Position numbers and translations under genes: made by a program | In this document: positions 1 to 9,006 of the stretch, piece by piece | Numbering within the stretch: the stretch's first letter is position 1 | How the letters are laid out: every line of letters starts with the position of its first letter | Assembly (NCBI GenBank): GCA_964426185.1 | Contig: CAYRPF010000039.1 | Span: 14,501-28,720 of the forward strand | Source of the DNA: an uncultured archaeon | GTDB lineage: Archaea > Asgardarchaeota > Lokiarchaeia > Sigyniarchaeales > Promethearchaeaceae | Direction of reading: 5' to 3' | Length of the DNA: 14,220 nt | The notes under the pieces: model-generated | Told to the model about the DNA's origin: nothing | Databases searched by the model: none | Seen by the model: only the letters and a program-made list of their open reading frames with translations

Positions 1-35
1 ATATATTCCATTTTCCATATATTCCATTTTCCATA
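1..35. repeat. 16-bp tandem repeat ATATATTCCATTTTCC x2 (+ATA); may continue left of the window
   Basis: 1-16 is identical to 17-32; an inverted partial copy ATGGAATATA lies at 52-61. Confidence 0.85.
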
Positions 36-120
36 AGAAATTCAATTTCCTATGGAATATAACAGTATAAAATATATTAATACCAAGAAGTTAGCATAAT
101 AAATAGAATCTAAAAGAAAT

Positions 121-1299
121 TCAGCCAAAACTTCCATTCTTTTTAAATTCTTCAATTTCTATATCCGAAAATCCGATTCTCTTTAATATTGAGACAGTAT
201 GTTCACCTTTAAGAGGTGCCGGTCCTGGAGGGCGTAAAGATAAAGATGAAAATCGAAATGGTAAGGAAAGATATGGAATCAAGCCTACATTTGGATCTTC
301 AAACTCTTTAATTAAATTTTCTTCAATAATATGTGGATTCTGAATTGCATCCCTATAATTTTGAACGGGTGTCACACATGCATCAAAATTCTCGAAGATT
401 TTTATCCATTCTTTTTGTGTTTTTGATTTGAATTTTTGAGAAATTATTGTAATAAGTTGTTGCTGGTATTCTTTGCTTCCATATTGATTTCCTTGAAATT
501 CTTGTAATTCCAGCGCTTTGCATAATTGATTCCAGAATTTTTCTTCAATTGCAGCTACGGAAATAAATTTTCCATCCATAGTTTCATAAATTTGATAAAA
601 TGCATAATTTCCACTTAAAATATTTTTATCAGCAGATTCACCGGCAAATTCATGCATTAATGCCACAGGATTTATTGAAAAACAAGCATCCAAGATAGAT
701 ATATCTATATACTCCCCCTTTTTCTTAAAACTAGTCATTTGACTAAAAAGAGCACTAAGAATCGCAATCGTGGCATAAAAACTTCCACTGATATCCGCCA
801 TTTGAAATCCAGGGACTATTGGTCTGCAACCATCACTATTGAGATTTAGATTACCTGATAGTGCAAGATAGTTTAAGTCATGTCCCGCCTTGCTTGAAAG
901 AGGCCCATTTTGACCATAGCCACTTAAAGAACAATAAATTAAGGAAGGATTTTTCTTTTTAAGTGTTGAATAATCGATACCGAGAGATTTTACCTTCCCT
1001 GGACGAAATCCTTCGATTATTACATTAGCTTTAGCAGCCAATCGAAAGAAAATTTTTCGAGCAGCTTCTTTTTTTAAATCTAACACAACTGATTTCTTAT
1101 TTCGCATTAAAATGGTGCTTAAAACAGATTTTTTAATTTCTCCTTTGGAAAAATAGGGGGGAAAAGAATTGTAAGGAAATTTAGGATCTTCTATTCTGAT
1201 AATTTCAGCTCCTAAATCGCCTAAAAGCATGGTACAAAAGGGACCTGGGAGAAAACGAGTCAAATCTAAAACGATAATACCCTTTAATGGGAGATTCAT
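121..1299 (-). CDS. Family III CoA-transferase (CaiB/BaiF), alpha-methylacyl-CoA racemase-like
   Basis: N-terminal PLKGIIVLDLTRFLPGPFCTMLLGDLGAEIIRIE, RNKKSVVLDLK, EGFRPG, YCSLSGYGQNGP, GHDLNY, MADISG and C-terminal PAPLKGEHT; 392 aa. Confidence 0.93.
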   Translation of the reverse strand: MNLPLKGIIVLDLTRFLPGPFCTMLLGDLGAEIIRIEDPKFPYNSFPPYFSKGEIKKSVLSTILMRNKKSVVLDLKKEAARKIFFRLAAKANVIIEGFRPGKVKSLGIDYSTLKKKNPSLIYCSLSGYGQNGPLSSKAGHDLNYLALSGNLNLNSDGCRPIVPGFQMADISGSFYATIAILSALFSQMTSFKKKGEYIDISILDACFSINPVALMHEFAGESADKNILSGNYAFYQIYETMDGKFISVAAIEEKFWNQLCKALELQEFQGNQYGSKEYQQQLITIISQKFKSKTQKEWIKIFENFDACVTPVQNYRDAIQNPHIIEENLIKEFEDPNVGLIPYLSLPFRFSSLSLRPPGPAPLKGEHTVSILKRIGFSDIEIEEFKKNGSFG

Positions 1300-1320
1300 A
1301 TTTTAAGATGAGCTGTTTGG

Positions 1321-1334
1321 TTATAAAATTCTTT
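1321..1334 (-). promoter_or_regulatory. Putative BRE/TATA box of the CoA-transferase gene (probably leaderless transcript)
   Basis: Minus strand reads AAAGAA-TTTTATAA, ending 22 nt before the ATG at 1299; no SD motif is visible. Confidence 0.5.
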
Positions 1335-1394
1335 TTATTATTTATTTACGTTAACTTCATTCATAATCACAAATTTGAAATTACGCTCCATCTT

Positions 1395-1412
1395 ATTTTC
1401 CATATGGAAAAT
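1395..1412. repeat. Perfect 18-bp palindrome ATTTTCCATATGGAAAAT covering the first plausible pfdB start codon
   Basis: The sequence equals its own reverse complement; the ATG at 1404 lies at its centre. Confidence 0.8.
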
Positions 1413-1775
1413 CCATCAAATATGAAATTTACCCCTCAAGAACAACAAGAAATTCTTCGCTTTCAGCAAATCCAAAAGCAATTAGAAATGTTTACTCAAC
1501 AACTTACCACCATGGAGCTACAAGCCAAAGATATGGAACAAGCCCTAATCGAATTGGAAAAAGCTGAAGATGATGCAACTATTTTCAAAGCTGTAGGAGG
1601 ATTATTTATTAAAAAAAGCAAATCAGATTTGTTAAAATCCACCAAAGAAGCTAAAGAAAGTTTAGAATTGAGAATAAAATCACTAAAAACTAATAAAGCG
1701 CGCATTGAATCTCAATTTGAAGAAAAGCGTAAGAAAATTGAAGAAATATTAAAATCACAAGGATATTCTCAGTAA
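1404..1775 (+). CDS. pfdB: Prefoldin subunit beta
   Basis: Coiled-coil / beta-hairpin / coiled-coil pattern FQQIQKQLE...ALIELEK...IFKAVGGLFIK...KESLELRIKSL. An ATG at 1404 (or 1422) gives the typical ~120 aa; the track's 1287 start overlaps the divergent gene. Confidence 0.92.
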   Translation: MENPSNMKFTPQEQQEILRFQQIQKQLEMFTQQLTTMELQAKDMEQALIELEKAEDDATIFKAVGGLFIKKSKSDLLKSTKEAKESLELRIKSLKTNKARIESQFEEKRKKIEEILKSQGYSQ

Positions 1776-1789
1776 AAAACTAGGTTTTG

Positions 1790-2902
1790 ATGATCATGGA
1801 TTATTTTGCGGATTTTTTTCAACATAAAGGTTTTTTAGACAATTTTTTTTTAATGTTGGATTCTGTTTCCTCCGCAACCATTACCACACATGTTAACGCT
1901 GATCCAGATGCTCTCGCTTCAGCTTTAGGACTAAGAGGGTTAATCGCTCAATTACGCCCTTCTTTTTCTGTAACAGTGGTAATCCCAAAAATGAATTCTA
2001 CAGCAAAAAATATTTATCGATATTTTAATTTTGATTCTTCTCTCAGCCAAGTTGAAAATGTTTGGCCAGAAAAGATTGATATTCTCATCATGGTTGATAC
2101 TTCAGATTATGTTATGACTGGCGCACCATATACACTTTCAGAAAAAGGAAAAATTAACAATGTTGATAAAATTGTAGCAATTGATCATCACATTATTGGA
2201 AAATATTTGGAGTTTTCTTTAAATGCGAGCCATATTCTTGCAGATTACTCTTCAGCAACCGAGATCATAATTGAATTTTATCGCACACTTCAATTAGAAC
2301 CAGATATAAACATTGCTAAATTTCTTCTTGCTGGTATTATTACAGATACCGGTCATTTTAAATATGCAAATTCCCGAACCTTAGATAATGCAAAATTTTT
2401 ACTAGATCGAAATTTGAAGATTACAGAAATTAATGACGCACTATATCAGCAAATGGCACGATCTGAAAAAATAGCTCGGTTAAAGGCAGCAATGCGAATT
2501 ACTCAATTACATTATATTAAAGACTTAATTGTGGCCATCAGTCATGTAAGCAGTTATGAAGCATCTGCTTGTAAAGCTTTGCTCGAACTGGGAGCAGATA
2601 TCGCACTCGTAGTAGCTTTCGATCGAAAAAGAAAAGAATTCCGCATTTCGGGTCGTACAAGAGAATATGTAATAAAAAAATTTAATTTTCATCTGGGAAA
2701 ATTTATGAGACAGTTTGGCAGTCAATGGGCCGGATCAGGGGGAGGTCATGACGGTGCAGCAGGATGTTATGGTTTATTATTGGCTATAGAACCTAATCCA
2801 AAATTTCCCCATCAAAAGCCAAATAAACATGAATTCGATAATGTCTTTTTTCATCTGGTAGAGTCTAAACTCTTAAAATTGCTGCAGAACTTCTTAGAGT
2901 AA
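1790..2902 (+). CDS. DHH/DHHA1 family phosphoesterase (NrnA-like)
   Basis: Motifs THVNADPDA, VDT, IDHH, TDTGHF and GGGHDGAAG. Its position after pfdB is a common archaeal arrangement. Start is 1787 (TTG), 1790 or 1796 (ATG). Confidence 0.92.
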   Translation: MIMDYFADFFQHKGFLDNFFLMLDSVSSATITTHVNADPDALASALGLRGLIAQLRPSFSVTVVIPKMNSTAKNIYRYFNFDSSLSQVENVWPEKIDILIMVDTSDYVMTGAPYTLSEKGKINNVDKIVAIDHHIIGKYLEFSLNASHILADYSSATEIIIEFYRTLQLEPDINIAKFLLAGIITDTGHFKYANSRTLDNAKFLLDRNLKITEINDALYQQMARSEKIARLKAAMRITQLHYIKDLIVAISHVSSYEASACKALLELGADIALVVAFDRKRKEFRISGRTREYVIKKFNFHLGKFMRQFGSQWAGSGGGHDGAAGCYGLLLAIEPNPKFPHQKPNKHEFDNVFFHLVESKLLKLLQNFLE

Positions 2903-2910
2903 CGATATTT

Positions 2911-4776
2911 ATGACAGTGCAACCCATCGAATGTCAAGATTTTTCTTTTATGTACCATAAAAGTGAGTATTTAGCAGTAAAGCAGATAAATTTGTCAGTC
3001 GATAAGGGAAAATTTTATTTATTAGCAGGTCCAACTGGATCAGGTAAAACCACCCTAATTCGGGCGATAAACGGCTTAATCCCTCATTTTTATCATGGTC
3101 GATTCTTTGGATATGTTAAAATTGAAGGAAAAGATACTCTTGAAATGACACCAGCTAAGTTAGCATCATCAGTGGGAACTGTCTTTCAAAATCCGGAAAA
3201 TCAACTCTTTTCCATGTCAGTAGAACGAGAATTAACTTTTTCATTAGAGAATTTAGGGTTTTCTCGAGAACAAATTAGTAAGCAAATAAACCATGCGATA
3301 AATCTGACCAAAATAGATTCCTTTTTAAAAAAATCTCCCTACGAATTAAGCGGGGGTGAACAACAACGTGTGGCAATTGCTTCTGTCTTGGCGCTGAACC
3401 CTGAAATTATCATTTTGGATGAACCATTATCAAATTTAGATTCGGCTACTGCTACCGAGATCTCCCAGTTATTAGAATCAATACAAAAACATGAAGGAAA
3501 AACCGTGATTTTGTCGGAACACCGCTTGGAATACTTGCTCGATGTTGTAGACAGTATCATCGTAATTCATCAAGGAAAAATTAAAACTATAGAACCTCCA
3601 TCGGTGCTTCTTCAACAAGATTTACTTTATGACATTGGTATTGATTTACCCTTGCTGTATCAATGGTTTTATATTCAAATTAGAAAAATAGAGCATCTTA
3701 ATGAAAATTCAACCTATAGGATTCCTTGTAATGAAAATGAACAACTCCAATGGTTGAAGAATTACTGTCACTCAAATTTAGACCAAAAATATCTTGTAAG
3801 GTCTTATTTCAATTCAGAAGAAACACCACTGATGAGGGAAGAGAACCGAGTGACTGAACCCATTTTAACTGTTCAAAATTTAAATTTTTCATACGAAATC
3901 GAAGGAAAAAAACTCAAAAAACATTCTTCGCACAAATTCCCATTCCGTTGGATTTCTAAGAAAAGAAATGAAAAAATGAAGAAATTCTTTCAAACTCTTG
4001 TTTTAAATGATATTAATGCCCAATTCTATCCCGGTGAGGTGGTAAGCCTGCTGGGAAAAAATGGTGCTGGAAAAAGCACATTTGTACGTTGCCTTACAAA
4101 TCTTCTAAATTCTTATATGGGAAAAGTTATTTTAAAGGGTACAGATACCCAACAATTGCCATCTCATGAGATCACGCGTGTAATTGGTCTAATGTTTCAA
4201 AATCCAGATCATCAACTTTTTCTAAATAGTGTAGAAGCAGAATTAGAATTCTCTCTTAAGAATCTTAATTTAACACCAAAAGAGCAAGATCAAAGGATCT
4301 TTCAGACCTTAAATCAGCTAGATATTCAAAATCTTAGAAAATTTCCCCCATTTAGTGTATCGGGTGGTCAAAAGAAGAAAATCGCTCTGGCAACGATTCT
4401 CTGTCGAAATCCAGAAATATTAATATTCGATGAACCAACCATAGGCCAAGATGCTCAACAAAAACAAAAACTCTTAGAAATTATTCGCAAGGCACAGAGT
4501 GAACAAAAATTAATCATAATTATTTCTCATGATATTGAATTTATTTTACAAGTTTCTACCAGAATTCTAGTAATGGATCAAGGCAGAATTTTAGCAGATG
4601 ATAAACCAACAAACATTTTTCATGATAAAGCTTTATTAAATAAATCCAATCTTCGTCAGTCAACCTTTATGCACTTATATGAAAAGCTACGTGCACAAAT
4701 CCCAGATTTACCACCCGATATATTGTCAATAACCCAATTAGAGAGATATTTATCCAATGTCACTACAAATCATTAA
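2911..4776 (+). CDS. ecfA: ECF transporter ATPase with two fused ABC domains (EcfA-EcfA')
   Basis: Walker A GPTGSGKT and GKNGAGKS; Q-loops FQNPENQ and FQNPDHQ; signatures LSGGEQQR and VSGGQKKK; Walker B ILDEP and IFDEP; adjacent to ecfT. Confidence 0.92.
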   Translation: MTVQPIECQDFSFMYHKSEYLAVKQINLSVDKGKFYLLAGPTGSGKTTLIRAINGLIPHFYHGRFFGYVKIEGKDTLEMTPAKLASSVGTVFQNPENQLFSMSVERELTFSLENLGFSREQISKQINHAINLTKIDSFLKKSPYELSGGEQQRVAIASVLALNPEIIILDEPLSNLDSATATEISQLLESIQKHEGKTVILSEHRLEYLLDVVDSIIVIHQGKIKTIEPPSVLLQQDLLYDIGIDLPLLYQWFYIQIRKIEHLNENSTYRIPCNENEQLQWLKNYCHSNLDQKYLVRSYFNSEETPLMREENRVTEPILTVQNLNFSYEIEGKKLKKHSSHKFPFRWISKKRNEKMKKFFQTLVLNDINAQFYPGEVVSLLGKNGAGKSTFVRCLTNLLNSYMGKVILKGTDTQQLPSHEITRVIGLMFQNPDHQLFLNSVEAELEFSLKNLNLTPKEQDQRIFQTLNQLDIQNLRKFPPFSVSGGQKKKIALATILCRNPEILIFDEPTIGQDAQQKQKLLEIIRKAQSEQKLIIIISHDIEFILQVSTRILVMDQGRILADDKPTNIFHDKALLNKSNLRQSTFMHLYEKLRAQIPDLPPDILSITQLERYLSNVTTNH

Positions 4777-5515
4777 AACATTTCATTATTTAAAGGAGCA
4801 AACAATATTTCATCGGTTAGATCCCCGTACAAAAGGGATTATGTTGGTAATATATGCAACTATCATATTTATTTTAGATGATCTTACACTTCTCTTGATT
4901 CTAACGGGATTGTTAATTATTGCACTGTTTTTAACCAAGTTTGCGGTACATATTTGGGAAGGTGTTAAGGCTATGTGGTTTATATATCTCCTCATTTTTG
5001 GGATAAACTGGTATGTCACTAATTTGAATTATTCACTCATCCTTATCTTGCGGTTTTTTAATTTCATGGCAATTTTTGGAGTTTTTTTCCGATCCACGCA
5101 ACCTGAAGATCTGTCTCAGAGTCTAATTCAATTGCATGTTCCAAATAATTTTGCTTTTGCACTTTCTTTAGCTTTCCGATTCATCCCCACCATGGCTCAA
5201 GAGACTGAAAGAGTTATGGAAGCCCAAAAATCCAGGGGTCATCAATTTAATTCGGGGGGTTTATTCCAAAAAGCGCGCAATTTTTTTCCATTATTAATCC
5301 CGTTAATTATGAATTCCGTTCGACGTGCTTTTCATGTTGCTGAAGCCTTAGAAACCAGGGGATTTGGAGTGTTAAAGCGCCCTACTTTTTATCACGAATT
5401 AAAATGGAAAAAAGAAGATTGGATCGTTGTACTCAGTCTTTTACTACTTTCATCATCAGTGATAGCGCTTAAAATATGCGAAAAACAGCAAATTCTGACA
5501 TTACCTTGGCAATAA
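4757..5515 (+). CDS. ecfT: ECF transporter transmembrane component T (CbiQ/EcfT family)
   Basis: HRLDPRTK, LAFRFIPTM, and two ARG-type motifs (AQKSRG, ALETRGF); overlaps the ATPase gene by 20 bp. Confidence 0.92.
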   Translation: MSLQIIKTFHYLKEQTIFHRLDPRTKGIMLVIYATIIFILDDLTLLLILTGLLIIALFLTKFAVHIWEGVKAMWFIYLLIFGINWYVTNLNYSLILILRFFNFMAIFGVFFRSTQPEDLSQSLIQLHVPNNFAFALSLAFRFIPTMAQETERVMEAQKSRGHQFNSGGLFQKARNFFPLLIPLIMNSVRRAFHVAEALETRGFGVLKRPTFYHELKWKKEDWIVVLSLLLLSSSVIALKICEKQQILTLPWQ

Positions 5516-5585
5516 AAATATAAATATTTGAAATTCGATTGCTAAAATACAGATATTATTTCATTTCGTTTCATTTACGAATTCT

Positions 5586-7450
5586 ATGATTACCTGGAGG
5601 ACGTTCAGATCAAGGAAAAAAATAAGCGGCTTTGGTTAGAAATAACGGGAATTTTCTTAATATTAGGTTCGGGTGTAAGCACTTTTTATTGGCTATACAA
5701 TTCTCCAAATTCACCTCTCTCTCCTCCAGATAATATAGATTATAAATATGAAAATTTACTACCGCAAATTTGGGCACCACAACCACAAACAACCTATCAT
5801 TGGAATAAAACCATATTGAGCTGGCAGATTCTTGTAAATTCCAGCCCGTACAGCTATATTTGCAACGTAAACGGTAAAGTCGAATACTTTGGAGTAAATA
5901 TCTCATCTATCCAGTTAAATTTTACATTCGGCCCCTATTCAGCAGGAACTTATAACATTTCTCTTGAAATTATGGATTTTATGAATTTTACCAAAGAGAA
6001 TAGCACTCAATTGACTGTACTTCAAGATATTGATTCAGATAACGATCAACTATTTGATCATCAAGAAATTAGTTATTATTTAACAAACCCTAATCTTAAT
6101 GATACTGATGCAGATTTACTAACTGATGGAGAAGAAATTCTCAGATACTTCACAGATCCACTTCAAAACGATACCGATGAAGATTTATTATACGACGGCG
6201 CAGAGATTTTAACTTTTCATACAGATCCCTTACAAAATGATACTGATCAAGATGGGTTTTTAGATGGAGAAGAAATTTTTACTTATAGTACAAACCCCGC
6301 GGCAAATGATACAGATTCCGATGGTTGCGATGATTTTAGTGAAGTTAAATTCTTTGCGACTGATCCAACTATACTTGATTGTTCACCGCCTTACTGGGAT
6401 GGAGGATTAGTTGATATTCAAGCCAATTTTCGACCAGGTGAACCAAAATTTATCCCATTCAGTGAAAAGCCAAAATCTTCTGAGAATATGTATTCGATTC
6501 CTCGTCTTCTTTATCTCTATCTTTGTGAACGTATACGGAACGATCGTGCTAATACTTCGATAAACGGAAGTAAATCAAATTTTTTTTATATTTCTGCATT
6601 ACAACGGGTTTCACCAGTTCAAATATTGGTGATTGATGCATTTAACAGCACAGAATTGGAAGAACGGGTACATGGAAATACATGTGTAAATATTTTAGAA
6701 GAAACTTTAGAATCTATATTTGGAAGTAATAGTTTAAGCCGTAATTTTAGCATAATCAAATATTCTGTTGCAGAAAATAATCGTTCATGGGCTACTGCTT
6801 TTGAATATGCCATTGCTAAGGGAGTAGATGTCATTTCCTTATCACAAGTTTCCTCCTATGGTAGTATACCATTTTTTGATGAGATCTCACTATGTGTAAA
6901 TAAGTATCAAATAATTTTTGTATCTGGAACTGGAAATGATAATCGTGGAGATCCGGTGATCAATGCGACCAATAATCTACGCTATCCGGCAACCCATCCA
7001 AATACTTTGGTAGTAGGAGGAGTGATTCTAAACTCTCAAGTGACTCCTTCCCGCTGGGAACGATGGAATGAAGGCATTGGAGCAGCAGGTTCTAATTGGG
7101 GACGGGCAAAAATTGTTTATAACAATACAGAATATTTCAGTGCGGTAGAATTAGTGGCAGATTGCCATAGTCGAATTGCCTTTTCTGATTATTACGGTGT
7201 CTCATGGGCGATTCCCCAAGTGGCAGCAATGGCAGCTTCTATTTTATTTCAAAATTTATTGCTTAAACCTGATGATGTTCGCGAATTGCTAATTACTTCA
7301 GCGATTCAAATTACACCTTCGCTATATACTTATGCAGAAGCACCATTTAATTTTGAGGGATGGTTTGAAGGATGGAATCCTGAAGTAGGATACGGCATGC
7401 CAAATATTGAAATGGCATTACAATTAGCGGCAACCACTTATTCTCCCTAG
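5586..7450 (+). CDS. Membrane-anchored S8 (subtilisin-like) serine protease with TSP3-like Ca-binding repeats; 1-nt frameshift at A7 5616-5622 (intact track ORF is 5816-7450)
   Basis: S8 motifs ILVIDA (Asp 6635), HGNTC (His 6671), GTGND (Asn 6935), YPA, SNWG, GVSWAIPQVA (Ser 7202), GYG. The frame is stop-free back to 5546 and encodes KNKR plus a hydrophobic segment. The 5' end is inferred. Confidence 0.75.
6032..6376 (+). repeat. Five 69-bp (23-aa) coding repeats, consensus DTDxDxLxDGxEIxxxxTDPxxN
   Basis: Units start at 6032, 6101, 6170, 6239 and 6308; they resemble bacterial TSP3 / Ca-binding DxDxDG repeats. Confidence 0.88.
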
Positions 7451-7486
7451 CTTTCCTTTACATATCATCCTTATCCAATACAAGGT

Positions 7487-7987
7487 TTATCTAACTTGCT
7501 GAAGCTCATTTTTCCACCTTTTAATTTCTCTCTTTTCAAACAAATGGTTGTTTTCCCAAAATCTTAGTAACCGTATCATGGTATTTTTGCGAATTAATCC
7601 CTTTTTAACCGCCCATAGGCAAAATGCAGGTAAACGAAAACCTAATTTTCCCCAACTTTGAATTTCCATTAATAATCCTCCATCATCAGTTAGTATAATT
7701 GCACTATCCCTTTTTGCACATGCTACCAATGTCTGATCGGAGATATCAAATTCTCTGATAAACGAATACTTTTCCTGGAATTTCTTCAATTCTTGGTTAG
7801 AAAATGGTATCTGATAACCATCTGATAAGGGAACAAAATTTTGCAGATGATAATGCTTATACTCTTGAAGAATTTGTTCCGTATAACCCCAACGAAAATG
7901 CTTAAGAAGAATTCTTAAATCTATTTTCAGATCTCGATATATTGTTTGAACATGTAACCAAAAACATGTATCAATTAGAAATAACAT
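7487..7987 (-). CDS. PIN-domain (VapC-like, DUF3368/COG2405-like) toxin
   Basis: Acidic PIN residues in FLIDTC, QILQEY, DISDQ and ILTDD, plus a C-terminal helical extension; lies downstream of an antitoxin-like gene. Confidence 0.8.
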   Translation of the reverse strand: MLFLIDTCFWLHVQTIYRDLKIDLRILLKHFRWGYTEQILQEYKHYHLQNFVPLSDGYQIPFSNQELKKFQEKYSFIREFDISDQTLVACAKRDSAIILTDDGGLLMEIQSWGKLGFRLPAFCLWAVKKGLIRKNTMIRLLRFWENNHLFEKREIKRWKNELQQVR

Positions 7988-8023
7988 TTTAGTTTCCGTT
8001 GTTCGCTGTTCCTTTGTTCTTTC

Positions 8024-8380
8024 CTACAAAAGAGGTATGTCTATTTCTTCGAAAGATGATTTTAACAACTCTTTATAATCCAGCTGATTCATGGCGGCGA
8101 TTTCTTTCTCCATTACTTCTTCTGAAACTTTCTCAGTTATTTTTAGATCATTAATTTTTTTTAAAAACTCATAATAGGATAATCCAGACATTTTCCAGGC
8201 TATTTTTTTTCCAATTTTTCCTTTTCCCATAAGATCAAAGGCAATTTTAATTCTTAATTCATTCAATTCTTTCAAAATTAATCGTTTTGATAATTCTGCA
8301 AGCGAAATTTTCTCTATTTTGGCAATTTTCTCTAAAATCGCTTTCTCTTCTTCTTTTACTCGAAAGTTTATTTGATACAT
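8024..8380 (-). CDS. UPF0175 (COG2886)-like antitoxin with N-terminal ribbon-helix-helix
   Basis: QINFRVKEEEKAILEKIAK...SLAELSKRLI (RHH pattern), then GKIGKKIAWKMSGLSYYEFL (UPF0175 HTH-like pattern); acidic tail. Confidence 0.78.
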   Translation of the reverse strand: MYQINFRVKEEEKAILEKIAKIEKISLAELSKRLILKELNELRIKIAFDLMGKGKIGKKIAWKMSGLSYYEFLKKINDLKITEKVSEEVMEKEIAAMNQLDYKELLKSSFEEIDIPLL

Positions 8381-8388
8381 TACTGTAT

Positions 8389-8404
8389 ATATTATCTATA
8401 ATAT
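8389..8404. promoter_or_regulatory. Candidate TA autoregulatory operator ATATTAT-CT-ATAATAT
   Basis: 7-bp inverted repeat 8 nt upstream of the antitoxin ATG; TATCTATAA is also repeated at 8393-8401 and 8427-8435. The AT-rich context lowers significance. Confidence 0.4.
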
Positions 8405-9006
8405 CTTATTTATTTCCTTCGCTTTTTATCTATAAATTGCTATAAAATTGAAGTGACTTATTCATTGCAAAAAGTAATCTAAGCAAACTTTATCAAGAAA
8501 AAATCACGTAATATCTCAAAACAAGAGTAATACCGTTGGCGAAAATAATCAGAAAATCTAACATAAAAATCCCGTAAAGAAACCACATTAAGATCCCAAC
8601 TGTAAATATGATAAACATCCACAAAGTAAGTATTGTCGAGATATGGCTCCCCTTTGGGGATGTGTTTCTGTTAATCCATCCTCTTTAAAGTTTACAACAA
8701 ACACACGCAAAATTGCAACTCCGAACTCATCAATCTTGTCAAGCACAACCAACTCGATCCTATTTTTTATCCCCGACGTAAAGAGAAGCAAACTCCGAAA
8801 TTCAGCGCTTTCTCATCCATAATCCCAGCAAAGAACATGAATTGAATAAATCTTTGGACGAAAACTTGGAAAAAATGCGGATTTCCGACAAAAAAAGAAT
8901 TTACTCGATTTTAAGATGAGAAGTAGCATGACTTTTTCCTTTCTCATAGCGAGCAATAAAATAAAACCTCTAAAATAAGAAAATTACGCCGAAATAGGAA
9001 ATGAAT

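Noticed and set aside
1287-1403. 39-aa N-terminal extension of pfdB in the ORF track
   Set aside because: It overlaps the divergent gene's start and promoter; prefoldin beta is about 120 aa, which fits 1404 or 1422.
6032-6376. 69-bp periodicity read as a CRISPR array
   Set aside because: The repeats are in frame, degenerate at codon third positions and conserved at protein level; no cas genes are present.
1496-6834. Short antisense ORFs 1496-1705, 2525-2725, 3339-3560, 4810-5019, 5610-5906 and 6619-6834
   Set aside because: Shadows of well-supported genes on the opposite strand, with no recognisable motifs.
8588-8791. 67-aa minus-strand ORF
   Set aside because: Non-ATG start and no motif; not supportable as a gene.
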